A stretch of 64,000 bases of DNA from Candidatus Hydrogenedentota bacterium (lineage in GTDB: Bacteria; Hydrogenedentota; Hydrogenedentia; Hydrogenedentales; SLHB01), in contig BTVY01000016.1 of the NCBI GenBank assembly GCA_045863335.1, positions 66,024-130,023 of the forward strand, read 5' to 3'. Below, piece by piece: positions 20,295 through 29,973 of the stretch (position 1 is the stretch's first letter; each line of letters opens with the position of its first letter). The notes under the pieces are model-generated. The model was not told the origin of the DNA. It saw only the letters and a list, made by a program, of their open reading frames with translations, and made no database searches. Position numbers and translations under genes: made by a program.

Positions 20295-21368
20295 ATGACG
20301 ATATTCAGCAAAGAGGGGAAAGTGCATACCACGAAACGACGTCAACGCGTCGATGCGGCGATCCTGGATGCGGCTGAGCTGGTGTTCACACAAAAGGGAT
20401 ATCAGCAGGCGACGATGGACGCCGTCGCGCGCGAGGCCGGCATCTCCGTGGGGACGCTGTACAACCTGTTCAAGAGCAAGGAGGACATCTACGGGCAGGT
20501 CGCGCTGCGCGTCGGGGAAGTCGTGCTTCGGCGTCTCGATCCACTGGCGCGCGCGAGCGACCCGGAAGCGGCCGTACTCGACCTCATCCGGCTTCGTTTG
20601 CACAACTACACGAACGACCGTCTGTTCTTTCAGCCTTTCTGCTTCCCGGCCTATCTGGGAGTGCAACCGGAACCGTCGCGTCTTGGCCCTGAAGTGAACC
20701 GGCTTCACGAGCACTACGTGGATCTTGTTGAGCGAATATTCCGCCGGTGCCTCGCGAAAGTGGGACAACCGGGCACCCCGGATATCAAGATGGCGGTCTG
20801 CCTGGAAGGGATGTTGAATGTATTCATGGGGTACTGGTCCGAGCCGTTGCAGTCCGACAATCTGGCCAAAGTAGCGCGTCACATGAAGACCGTGCTGCTT
20901 CGCGGGGTAGCCCCGGCGATCGACACTTCCGAAAGTGACGCGGAAGTGGCTACCTCCCGGGCGCTCTACATCAGCCGCTATGACTTGGAACGGCTGACGG
21001 AACTAATCGAGGTCGTGCGTGACTTCGGGAAGAGGGAGAACCAGAAGTACGCCGACAATCTCGACGACGTATTGAAGCATGCGCGCGTGACCAGTCCGCG
21101 AGAAGTGCCGCCGGACGTCGTCACGATGAATTCCAAAGTACGCGTGGTCAATCGGAATACGGGCACGGAGCATGTGTACGCGCTGGTCTTTCCGCGCAGC
21201 GCCGAATCGGCGCCGGAGAACATTTCCATTCTGAATCCGCTTGGGACCGCATTGCTGGGGCGGCGGCTGGGGGATGTGTTCACGGTCGGGGCCGACGAGA
21301 CGGCCCCCGTCTATGAGATCACACAGATGCTGTATCAGCCGGAGGCGTCAGGTGATTACCACTTGTAG
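20295..21368 (+). CDS. TetR-family regulator fused to a C-terminal Rnk (GreA/GreB C-domain) module
   Basis: N-terminal TetR HTH: ILDAAELVFTQKGYQQATMDAVAREAGISVGTLYNLFKSKEDI. C-terminal Rnk signature: YISRYDLERL..PPDVVTMNS..LVFP..ISILNPLGTALLG..YQPEASGDYHL. Confidence 0.9.
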   Translation: MTIFSKEGKVHTTKRRQRVDAAILDAAELVFTQKGYQQATMDAVAREAGISVGTLYNLFKSKEDIYGQVALRVGEVVLRRLDPLARASDPEAAVLDLIRLRLHNYTNDRLFFQPFCFPAYLGVQPEPSRLGPEVNRLHEHYVDLVERIFRRCLAKVGQPGTPDIKMAVCLEGMLNVFMGYWSEPLQSDNLAKVARHMKTVLLRGVAPAIDTSESDAEVATSRALYISRYDLERLTELIEVVRDFGKRENQKYADNLDDVLKHARVTSPREVPPDVVTMNSKVRVVNRNTGTEHVYALVFPRSAESAPENISILNPLGTALLGRRLGDVFTVGADETAPVYEITQMLYQPEASGDYHL

Positions 21369-21411
21369 ATTACGTTCGCACAGGCAGCGCGACGCGAAAA
21401 GGAGTGGCGTG

Positions 21412-21831
21412 ATGGAGAAGCAAATCGTGATTACAGCGCTTGACAGGCACCGTATTCTGGACTGCCTGTATGTTCTAAACGAGTTTCCAGAGAAGCGGAG
21501 TTTGCCGCACATTCAACGCCTCGAGGACGAGGTCAAGCATGCTACGGTGATCTTGGATCCCATTTACATGCCGGCGGACGTCATTACGATGCGTTCCCGG
21601 GCGAAGTTGAGAAGCCCCGCAACCCAGGAGGCAGTGGAATGGACGCTGGTGTATCCGGCGGAAGGCGATATGGCATGCGGCAGAGTCTCCATACTTTCCC
21701 CGATTGGCTCGGCCATGATCGGCTGCAAGGTGGGGGATTCCTTCGAAGCGGATGTGGCCGGCGGGCGAAACGAGTTTGTTGTTGAAGCGATAACATATCA
21801 GCCCGAAGCGACGGGTGAGCAGTATGTATAG
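21412..21831 (+). CDS. rnk: Rnk-family protein (paralog 2)
   Basis: IVITALDRHRI, PADVITMRS, LVYP, VSILSPIGSAMIG, YQPEATG. GGAG RBS. Confidence 0.88.
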   Translation: MEKQIVITALDRHRILDCLYVLNEFPEKRSLPHIQRLEDEVKHATVILDPIYMPADVITMRSRAKLRSPATQEAVEWTLVYPAEGDMACGRVSILSPIGSAMIGCKVGDSFEADVAGGRNEFVVEAITYQPEATGEQYV

Positions 21832-22092
21832 TTGCGCATATTCGCGAGTACTTCTGCTATCCCAATAGTCGCGGACGTATTCCGGGGATAGAGCGAACGA
21901 AGAAATGGCACCCGGCGGCCGGTAACGCGCGGAGCGTGTTGCGGAGCGCCGGGGTTTGCAGCGAAACCGATCGCGGCGTGGTTGCAGATCTTGGAGAATG
22001 AGACTCCCTGACCACAATCCGCGTCCGACAAGCCAGTAGAATGGCGCGGCTCGCGCACGCGAAGCCGTCGCCGCGTCAAATGGAGAAATCCC

Positions 22093-22515
22093 ATGAGCAA
22101 AAAGAACGCCGTGATAAGTGAATTTGACAAGGCCCGCCTGCAGGAGGTGATCGACTCGATTCGGGCGCAAAGCAGCGACAACCGCCCGTGGTCGATGGGC
22201 GATAAACTCCAGGAGAGGCTGACCACGTCCGAGGCGCTGGACCCTAAAGACATCCCCGCGGATACCGTAACGATGAACTCCATCGTGCGGGTACGAGATC
22301 TCGATACGGACAAGGTCGGGGTGTACAACCTGGTATTCCCTTCGGACAGCAAGCCTCTCGAGGGGCGGATCTCCGTGCTTTCCTCCCTTGGCATCGCGCT
22401 GTTCGGTTCTCGCATCGGCGCCGTGGTCGAATGGGAGACACCGAAGGCGCACAAGAATCTGGAGATTGTGGGAATCATCTACCAGCCGGAAGCGGCGCAG
22501 CATTGGACGCTCTGA
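22093..22515 (+). CDS. rnk: Rnk-family protein (paralog 3)
   Basis: VISEFDKARL, PADTVTMNS, LVFP, ISVLSSLGIALFG, YQPEAA. GGAG RBS. Confidence 0.88.
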   Translation: MSKKNAVISEFDKARLQEVIDSIRAQSSDNRPWSMGDKLQERLTTSEALDPKDIPADTVTMNSIVRVRDLDTDKVGVYNLVFPSDSKPLEGRISVLSSLGIALFGSRIGAVVEWETPKAHKNLEIVGIIYQPEAAQHWTL

Positions 22516-22641
22516 GAATCGCGCGTGGACCGTGCAATGAGAGGCGCGGCATTCGCGCGTTCAATGCCAGGTTTGCGGTTCTCGATGGGCATAGGAATTG
22601 GATTGGTATTGGCTGCGCGATTCGCGGCATGAGAGGTTGTA

Positions 22642-23193
22642 ATGACTACGGGACTGTTGTTGACGGGCGTACTTGTCTTCCTGGCGCGAATCGTCGATGT
22701 CGCCTTGGGCACGCTTCGGACCTTGATGACCGTGCAGGGCCGCATTCTCATGGCAGCCAGTCTGGGCATCGTGGAGGTCATCGTCTGGATTCTCGTGGTC
22801 AGCGCGGTCGTAAGTCAGATCAGAGAGACGCCCGCGTTGATTCTGTTCTACGCTTTTGGTTTCGCCAGTGGCAATGTGATTGGCATCCTGGTCGAATCGA
22901 AACTCGCGTTGGGAAATGTCGCGCTCAAGGTCATTTCGACTCAAGCAGGGCCGTCCCTGGCCGAACGGCTTCGGTCGATTGGCCAGCCGGTGACGGTGTT
23001 CACGGGAATGGGCATGAGTGGTCCCGTCCATCAGCTGTTCATGATATGCCGGCGGAAAGATCTGGGCCGGCTGCTCGACGTTGTCAAGGGCGTGGACGCT
23101 AACGCGTTCGTTGTTACGGAGATGATCAAGGACGTCAACAAGTTGCTGAACCCGATCCAGGTTCCGGTCGCGAAGTCGCAGATAACCCCGTAA
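22642..23193 (+). CDS. UPF0316 / DUF2179-DUF5698 membrane protein
   Basis: FLARIVDVALGTLR, GIVEVIVW, YAFGFASGNVIG, C-terminal G.G..G and DANAFV. Confidence 0.85.
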   Translation: MTTGLLLTGVLVFLARIVDVALGTLRTLMTVQGRILMAASLGIVEVIVWILVVSAVVSQIRETPALILFYAFGFASGNVIGILVESKLALGNVALKVISTQAGPSLAERLRSIGQPVTVFTGMGMSGPVHQLFMICRRKDLGRLLDVVKGVDANAFVVTEMIKDVNKLLNPIQVPVAKSQITP

Positions 23194-23347
23194 CTCGCGC
23201 GTCAACGTGCGCGAACGCATCCTCGCGACGCTTAAGCGTTCCGGGCGGTGGAGAAGGATGTTCGCGAGAAGGAATCCACGTCCACCGGAGCGCGTTTACG
23301 GATCACTTCTCGCCGCGGTACGATGAAACGAGGGGAACGATCTGCGG

Positions 23348-24235
23348 CTACCGTGTGTGGTGTGGAGGATCGCACGTCAAGCAGGCCGATCCGTCAGGGA
23401 ATACGGTCTTGAACGCGAACCGGCCGGACGCGGGATCGAGTTCAATGAGCTTGGCGCCTTTGGGGAGCCGGTCGGCGCCGTAGCCGCCGTGGCCGGTGGC
23501 GCGGCCGTAGGTCAGGATGATCCCTTCCTCTTCAAACCAGAAGTCGTTCACGTGGCTGTGGCCGACGAAGCAGGCGCGGATCGTGCCGGTATCGCGGATC
23601 GCGTCGAACCGGTCGGCGCTGTTTCCCCAGTACAACACCTCTTCCTGGGCGATGCCGTGCACGGTCCCCGCGAGCCGGGCGCGCTCGTATTGCTCAAGAG
23701 GAATATGAAAGAACGCAATGGCCGGGGTGCGTTCGCCGCGCTCCAGCACGATGCGTTCGGACTCCGTGCGTAGCCAACGCAGGTCCTGGGGCCAAAGCCC
23801 TTCGCGGTGGGAGTTCAGGAAGTAGAGGTCCCACGCGGGACGCCCTTCACATTTGATACCGACACGAAAATTGCCCCGCCCGTCTCCTTTCGGCATACAG
23901 GCGTTCTGCGACGCGGCAATGCGCGCCGCGTCAAACTCAAGTTGGTTCACGTAGTCGTGATTGCCCCACGTGAAGGCCCAGGGCGCGCCGAGGGTGCCGA
24001 GGAAACTCAGATCCCGGTCCATCAAATCCCGTCCCCGATCGGGCTTATCGTCACCACACCAGATGTCGCCCGTTACCGCGAGGAAGCCGGGTTGCCAGTG
24101 CTGAACGAGGGCGCGGATATCCGCATAGGTGCGCGCCGCCGCATCGTCGCCCGTGTCGTTGTGGAAGTCCGTCAGTTGGAGTATGCGGAAGTCCCGGTCC
24201 GTGCGGGCTTGGATGCTCCCGTTCGTTTCGCTCAT
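23348..24235 (-). CDS. Calcineurin-like metallophosphoesterase
   Basis: LQLTDFH, VTGD, WGNHD, FFHIP, GHSHVND. Confidence 0.9.
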   Translation of the reverse strand: MSETNGSIQARTDRDFRILQLTDFHNDTGDDAAARTYADIRALVQHWQPGFLAVTGDIWCGDDKPDRGRDLMDRDLSFLGTLGAPWAFTWGNHDYVNQLEFDAARIAASQNACMPKGDGRGNFRVGIKCEGRPAWDLYFLNSHREGLWPQDLRWLRTESERIVLERGERTPAIAFFHIPLEQYERARLAGTVHGIAQEEVLYWGNSADRFDAIRDTGTIRACFVGHSHVNDFWFEEEGIILTYGRATGHGGYGADRLPKGAKLIELDPASGRFAFKTVFPDGSACLTCDPPHHTR

Positions 24236-27200
24236 CGTATCTCGCCTCGCTCGCGGTGTGCGCGTTGCAGATTCGCGAGCGCGTTTAGATAAGCCGTGTT
24301 GTGGGGCAACCAGACTTCGTTGGGCTCAAAGTCGGGTATGTCCAGACCGCGCATGTCGAAGTGTGGGCGGTCGTCGCCGGGCGCGCGCCAGGTGATGCCG
24401 TTCACCACGCTACCCGGCACCGCGCCGCGGGGCACGCCCGCCATGGTATAGCGATGGTGGTATGTCGGCGGATGGCGGCTGCCGACGCCTTCCATGAGAC
24501 ACAGGTCGTAGGGGTTGTTGCCAAGTATCCAGTTGAGCTGATCGTACACAAAGGCGAGATAGCGCGGGTCGCCCGTATAGCGGAATGCAATCGCAACGGT
24601 GCTCGCCGCTTCGAGCACATGACTGCTGTTCCCCACATGCCAACCGCCGGTTTCGGGCGGCGTACCGAAAAAGGTCGGGTTGTCGGGAGCCCCATACATG
24701 TACACGCCAAAGGGGTTGTTCGCAAGCGCGAGAATCGCGTCCGCGCGCGCCACGTATGCATCGCGTACCTGAGCAGAATGGTCTTCGTTGAAGATCTCAT
24801 CGTATCGCTCGACGATCGCGGCGTCACCATATCCAACCTCCGGCAACAGCGCGCGCGCCGCGTCCGCGTAGGCGGCCTCGCCGGTCAACGTGTAGAGATC
24901 GAGCGCGGCACTCAACTGGCGGGCATCGCGGGAGCCGCGTTCCGCGCGCCACGCGAAGGCCTGTTTAGCCGCCTCGACGTAGGCGTCGTTCGGTTCGACG
25001 AATCGGGCAATCTTCGCGGCGGCGGCCAGATGGTTGGCGGGATCGTTTCCCGACTCCGCGCCGCGGATGCGTCGCTCGTCTCCCGTGTTGGGTATGTTGT
25101 CGGTCTCCAGTTCCGGCGGACCCCAAAAGCCGTAGCCGGAGGAGATGTCGCCGCGCGACGAACCGTCCGGCGCAATCATGCGGCGCATGAGATCCGCGCC
25201 CCACGAGATCTCATCGAGAAAATCGCTCTGTCCGTTGCCGTCGCGATCGATGGCATTGAATGCGTCGGTGCGCGCTTCGTATGCGCGTAAGAGACCATAT
25301 ACGTATGGCGCGTTGTTGTAGGTGTTGTAGTCGCCCGCATCGTGCCAGCCTCCGGACAAGCTGTACTGCCGCTCGCCGTCCGGACTAACCGCGTCGTCGA
25401 GATGGCAGGCGCCGTGGAAGCCCGGGACCTCCATGCCGCATCGCTGGTAGTAGAAGAATTGATACGCAGGCTCCGCCGTCTTCGCCCAGATGCGATCCTC
25501 ACTGATGGCGAACGGCCATGATTCACCGGATGCCTCGTCGATGGTAACCCGGACCCGATACGTTCCCGGTTCGTCGAAGGCGGAGAAGTCGCCGCGCCAG
25601 TATTCATTGCCCCAGTCGTTCCCGTAGGCGCCGGTAATACGGCCCTCGTGTATCAGTTCGCCTTCAAATGCGACGGTTCCGGATTCATTCACAAGCGCGA
25701 ACGTCGCCGGCGACTCGCCCACGAAGTTGCTCCACGCGGTGAACCGCTTCGGCGCGCCGATGTCGTACCCCACCTGATTCACGGCCGGTTTGATCAAGGG
25801 GCGTTCATCGTAGTGCGCCATAATGGTTGCGTCGTCCCAGCGAATCTCCGTGTCGCTCGCAGGCGTCGTGCAGACCAACTGGACCCACTCCGCGTTCTCC
25901 GGTGGTTGAATGTCGGCGCCTGCGAGAGCTTGCCACCCTTCCGGCCCGGCGGCGGATTGCAGCGCGTCGACCCGCAGCTCGCCCCGGTCGCCCATCCAGC
26001 GAAGACACGCCGAAACGGCTTCGGGATTGTTTCCCGTCACAAATACTCTCGCGTCCACACGCACCAGACCGGCGTCAATCGGGATGGGCCTGGATGCGAA
26101 AACCGTATCCGTAGCGTCTGGCAGGACGATAGCGCAAGGCGAATTGTCGCGTCCGCCCGACGCAGTCCAACGCAGCTTTGCGTTCAGTGATTCTTCACGC
26201 CAACCGACGGGCACGCGCACTTCAGTCGGCGGTTCGTTGTTACCGTCGTGTGACCTGGGTTCAGCGCGGCGGAAATCGCCGTTGTCGATGAGTTCGCGTG
26301 TGGTGGACACCAGCCGCGTCGTGGCCGTATCGCGATTCAACGTGGATCCCGTTTGAGCGATGTTGGCACGGTTGGTTGGCCACGGTATCAGGACGGGATC
26401 GTACCGGCCGCCGAGGGTGAGGCACCGCAGCGTGCGGTCGCTTCCGCCGAAAAGAATATCGGTCCTGCCGTCGCCGTCGATATCCGTAATCGTAGCGGGA
26501 CGAATCAAGCGTAGCCCGGTTTGATACTTCCACTCAAGGCGGCCATGGGCGTCGACGCAGTAGAGATTGTGATCGCCGCTCGCGACGAGGATTTCGATCT
26601 CGCCGTCACCGTCCACGTCGCCCATGGAGGCGGCGCTATGCGTAGCCTTGTCCGTCGTGAAAACCCACCGCAGTGTGCCCGTGCGATCGATGCAGTGGAC
26701 GTGCCCGAAATTGTCTGGAGCGATAATCTCCATGGAGCCGTCCCCATCGATATCGCCTACCGCGAGTCCCCCTGCGGCGTAGGCATCGGGCGAGCCGAGA
26801 ATCCCACGCTTCCAGAGCGATTTGCCGTTCAACGCGTCGAAGCAGTAGACAAAATCGCCGTTACCCGATAGCGCGAGAATAGCGGCGGGCCCGTCACTAA
26901 CCAGTTGCGCGATAACCGGTGCCCCTTGAAACTGGTCGCCAACGGTCTGAATCCAGCGCATCTCGCCGTTGTAGCCGATGCAGAAGGGTCCATACTGGTC
27001 GAGCGCGACGATTTCCGCGCGGCCGTCGCCGTCCAAATCCGCCGCAGCGATCGGACCGCTGATGTTCACGGGCCTCTCTTCGAAAGCGTCGCGCGTCCAG
27101 AGCGGGTTTCCGGCCGCGGTCAGCGCCACTATGGCGTTCTGCGTACCCGCGACAGCCTCATCAATGCTGTCGCCGTCGAGGTCAGCCCATATGGCCGTAC

Positions 27201-27618
27201 CCCATTCGATCGGCCCGACGCTACGCGTCCACAGCTCCTGACCGGTCGCCGCGTCAACGCAGCAGAGCTTCCCATCCGAGTTGCCAATCAGGAGTGTGCC
27301 TGCATCGTTGCGCGCGGTGAAGCTCAGCGAAGCGCCGGAGGTCAGTCGCCGGGTCCATCCCCCTGCGTATCGCCAGAGCAATTCCCCTTTCGTGTCGACG
27401 CACAGCACTTCGCGGACCTCGCTGTCGCTGATGATGGTCTCGAGGCCCGGACTGGGGTGAACATCCGCGACCAATGGCGAAGGATACAGGTTTGATTGGG
27501 CTTCGTAAGACCAGAGGAGTTCGGGCTCGGAAGCAGACGCACACCAAATCGATACGCCCGCGATCGCGGCAAGTACGGCCGCTCGTGAACAGAGCGGTCC
27601 CTTGCTTGACGTGTACAT
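24232..27618 (-). CDS. Secreted FG-GAP/PQQ-like beta-propeller + CBM-like + Ig + GH9 glycoside hydrolase
   Basis: Repeated DxDGDGxxEI motifs; NQVGY (GH9 Ig module); FYYQRCG, GGWHDAGD, LGNNP..MEGVG..HHR, NEVWLPHN. Confidence 0.82.
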   Translation of the reverse strand: MYTSSKGPLCSRAAVLAAIAGVSIWCASASEPELLWSYEAQSNLYPSPLVADVHPSPGLETIISDSEVREVLCVDTKGELLWRYAGGWTRRLTSGASLSFTARNDAGTLLIGNSDGKLCCVDAATGQELWTRSVGPIEWGTAIWADLDGDSIDEAVAGTQNAIVALTAAGNPLWTRDAFEERPVNISGPIAAADLDGDGRAEIVALDQYGPFCIGYNGEMRWIQTVGDQFQGAPVIAQLVSDGPAAILALSGNGDFVYCFDALNGKSLWKRGILGSPDAYAAGGLAVGDIDGDGSMEIIAPDNFGHVHCIDRTGTLRWVFTTDKATHSAASMGDVDGDGEIEILVASGDHNLYCVDAHGRLEWKYQTGLRLIRPATITDIDGDGRTDILFGGSDRTLRCLTLGGRYDPVLIPWPTNRANIAQTGSTLNRDTATTRLVSTTRELIDNGDFRRAEPRSHDGNNEPPTEVRVPVGWREESLNAKLRWTASGGRDNSPCAIVLPDATDTVFASRPIPIDAGLVRVDARVFVTGNNPEAVSACLRWMGDRGELRVDALQSAAGPEGWQALAGADIQPPENAEWVQLVCTTPASDTEIRWDDATIMAHYDERPLIKPAVNQVGYDIGAPKRFTAWSNFVGESPATFALVNESGTVAFEGELIHEGRITGAYGNDWGNEYWRGDFSAFDEPGTYRVRVTIDEASGESWPFAISEDRIWAKTAEPAYQFFYYQRCGMEVPGFHGACHLDDAVSPDGERQYSLSGGWHDAGDYNTYNNAPYVYGLLRAYEARTDAFNAIDRDGNGQSDFLDEISWGADLMRRMIAPDGSSRGDISSGYGFWGPPELETDNIPNTGDERRIRGAESGNDPANHLAAAAKIARFVEPNDAYVEAAKQAFAWRAERGSRDARQLSAALDLYTLTGEAAYADAARALLPEVGYGDAAIVERYDEIFNEDHSAQVRDAYVARADAILALANNPFGVYMYGAPDNPTFFGTPPETGGWHVGNSSHVLEAASTVAIAFRYTGDPRYLAFVYDQLNWILGNNPYDLCLMEGVGSRHPPTYHHRYTMAGVPRGAVPGSVVNGITWRAPGDDRPHFDMRGLDIPDFEPNEVWLPHNTAYLNALANLQRAHRERGEIR

Positions 27619-27629
27619 GCAGAATCCCC

Positions 27630-29693
27630 CTATTCGACCACGGCGTAAAGCGTGCGCGAAGTCGTCTGCTTCAGTTTGTCTGTAACCGTCAATGTAATCG
27701 GGTAGCGTCCCGGTTCCGTATAGGCGCGCTCCACGAAGAATTCCTTGGATTGCTTGCCGTCGCCGAAGTCCCACTCCACCTTCTTGAGCGAGAAGGTGGG
27801 GTCATAGGGGACGGAAAGGCCTGCCACGAACGGCGACTCGATGGTCACGGGCAGCATCCCCGACGGAGACCGCAGGATGTCGAGCACACTGAAAGATACT
27901 GGTTCGCCCACTTTCGCGTGGATGTCGCGAACCACGGGCAACAGGCCCAATGGCCCCTGGCCGACAAGCACATCGGCCACGGCCCGCATGCTTTGATCGA
28001 TCGCATCCGGACTGCTGTAACTCAACACAATCGCTTCAGCATCCACCAAATCCGGCAAGGTGCTTGGATAACCCACGAGAACCACCACGACCCGAACGCC
28101 CTTGCTGCGCAGCGCGGCAATCAGTTCGAGCTGCGTGCTCATCCGGATATCCGGCGTGACGATCACGACGACCGTTTTGATGCCGCGAATGTGGGACGTG
28201 AGCCGCGCAATCTCAAAGTCGTAAATCTCGCCGCCGTACTTCGCGGAGCCGATTCGCTGGCGGGATACCGGCTTGATGTATTCCTCCAACGCGTCCGCAA
28301 GGGTCTCTACGCCCGCGACGCCCGTCACGCCCACGGGGACAGACTCGGCCTTGTTCAGGGGCAGCACGTTGCCGCGATTCTGGACGAGCGTGATGGAGCG
28401 GCGCTCGATTTCGTACGATTCGTCGGGATAGGCCTTCTTCTTCGCCAGCGCAGATGCATCCTTCGTAGTCGGCAACTCCCGCTTCCGCAGTTCGTACTTG
28501 TCCTTCAGTGCGATAATCCGCGCAAGCGACGTGTCCACGGCATCCTGACTCATCTGGCCGTTGCCGATGGCAGTGACGACGTCGTCGACCGTCTTCATCA
28601 CCCGGCGGCCGGCCTCATTCCAGTAGATCATGTCCGCGCCGGCCTGCAGGGCCATGATGGCGGCCTTGGTTGGGTCATGTTTGACGGCGATGTCGTTGGT
28701 ATCCATGGGTCCCGCGATAATAACGCCTTGAAAGCCCAGTTGCTGACGCAAGATATCCCGCATGACGACGGACGACAGGCTCGCGGGTTCGTTTGCGGGA
28801 TCGAGTGTTGGAACTAGCGTGTTCCCCACGTGGATTACTTCCACACCGGCTTCAATGGCTTTCTTGAAGGGCAAGAGATCGACGTCCGCGACCGTTGCCG
28901 ACGGCGTAAGCAAAATGGCGGGCATTCGCGGCGCGCGGTTGGCGCCGCCTCCCGGGAATCCCATGGGCACCGCGATGACCTTGTGTTCAGTCATGGCGGA
29001 AACGATGGCCGCAGCCGTGTCGCCAACGAAAGCCGGATCGGAACCGAGACATTCGATGCTGCCGGTCGCGTCGGGCAAGGTGGGAGCCAGGGACAGCGAA
29101 GGCCCCAGATGGAAGTTGAAGCCCATGAGCGCGAGATGGTCGGCGGTCAGCCCGGCCAGCCGTTTGGTGACGTCCGCATCGTTGGCCGCGGCAATCGCCA
29201 GCAACGAGGGAAGCGCGATGAAACTGTCGTCCAACTGCGCGTTGCCCCGTCGCGGCAGCGCGTACAGGTTCGTGCCAATGAAGAGCGGAATGCCGGTCGC
29301 CATCTCCATGGGCATCTGCCGGATCGCGGCGACGTAGCTGGCCGCGGTTGTGGGCCGCGATACCGGCGGTAGGACGACGCCGCCCGGCGAGTACTTGGCA
29401 AGGAGTTCCTGATCGGAAGCGTCCGGCCGCGGCGTGCCGGTCAGGGTGACCAGCATCAGTTGCGACACCCGTTGGCGCAGGTTGAGAGATTGGACCAGTT
29501 TTCCAGGATCGTCAACTGGAGACTCGTCGGTATCGGGTTTCGTTTCGGGCGTGGATTCTGGCTCGGGTTTTGGTGGCGCGTCGACCACGTCGCGCGTGGA
29601 CGCGCCGAAACCGGTCTGGTTCCGCTGCGCGAAGGCCGGCATTGCCAAGACGAGCAGTACGGCCATTAAAGAGAGTATCTGCAAATTGCGCAT
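27630..29693 (-). CDS. Secreted GH3-like (NagZ fold) protein with PKD domain; catalytic motifs degenerate
   Basis: Overall GH3 layout (LRQQLGFQGVII, ALQAGADMI, RSITLVQN, G.LPVTI) and a PKD domain (WDFGDG, Y..PG.Y...LTVTD). KHFPGHG and the nucleophile Asp are absent. Confidence 0.8.
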   Translation of the reverse strand: MRNLQILSLMAVLLVLAMPAFAQRNQTGFGASTRDVVDAPPKPEPESTPETKPDTDESPVDDPGKLVQSLNLRQRVSQLMLVTLTGTPRPDASDQELLAKYSPGGVVLPPVSRPTTAASYVAAIRQMPMEMATGIPLFIGTNLYALPRRGNAQLDDSFIALPSLLAIAAANDADVTKRLAGLTADHLALMGFNFHLGPSLSLAPTLPDATGSIECLGSDPAFVGDTAAAIVSAMTEHKVIAVPMGFPGGGANRAPRMPAILLTPSATVADVDLLPFKKAIEAGVEVIHVGNTLVPTLDPANEPASLSSVVMRDILRQQLGFQGVIIAGPMDTNDIAVKHDPTKAAIMALQAGADMIYWNEAGRRVMKTVDDVVTAIGNGQMSQDAVDTSLARIIALKDKYELRKRELPTTKDASALAKKKAYPDESYEIERRSITLVQNRGNVLPLNKAESVPVGVTGVAGVETLADALEEYIKPVSRQRIGSAKYGGEIYDFEIARLTSHIRGIKTVVVIVTPDIRMSTQLELIAALRSKGVRVVVVLVGYPSTLPDLVDAEAIVLSYSSPDAIDQSMRAVADVLVGQGPLGLLPVVRDIHAKVGEPVSFSVLDILRSPSGMLPVTIESPFVAGLSVPYDPTFSLKKVEWDFGDGKQSKEFFVERAYTEPGRYPITLTVTDKLKQTTSRTLYAVVE

Positions 29694-29854
29694 GGGGGTT
29701 CCTCGCTGTATCGCGCAATTGTACCAATTGGCAGGCGAGGAGCAAACCGGGAGGCTACAACCGGCTCTGCGTCTTGGATGCAAGTCTCGACGGGATCTCG
29801 TTCGTCCGGTAATGAATCGAATATCCACCCAAAAATCCCATTACATCCATAAAC

Positions 29855-29885
29855 TGGCCACAAAAGAACGCAGAGAACGCAAAAG
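29855..29885. repeat. Outer inverted repeat, left arm
   Basis: TGGCCACAAAAGAACGCAGAGAACGCAAAAG matches the reverse complement of 31797-31827 at 29 of 31 positions. Confidence 0.85.
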
Positions 29886-29973
29886 GAACTCATTCTCTCT
29901 TCGAGGCTATCGAACTTAATTTGGCCGTGTTTTCAATTGTCGGGGTAAAACTCCCGCCGTCACCCTCGCGAAG

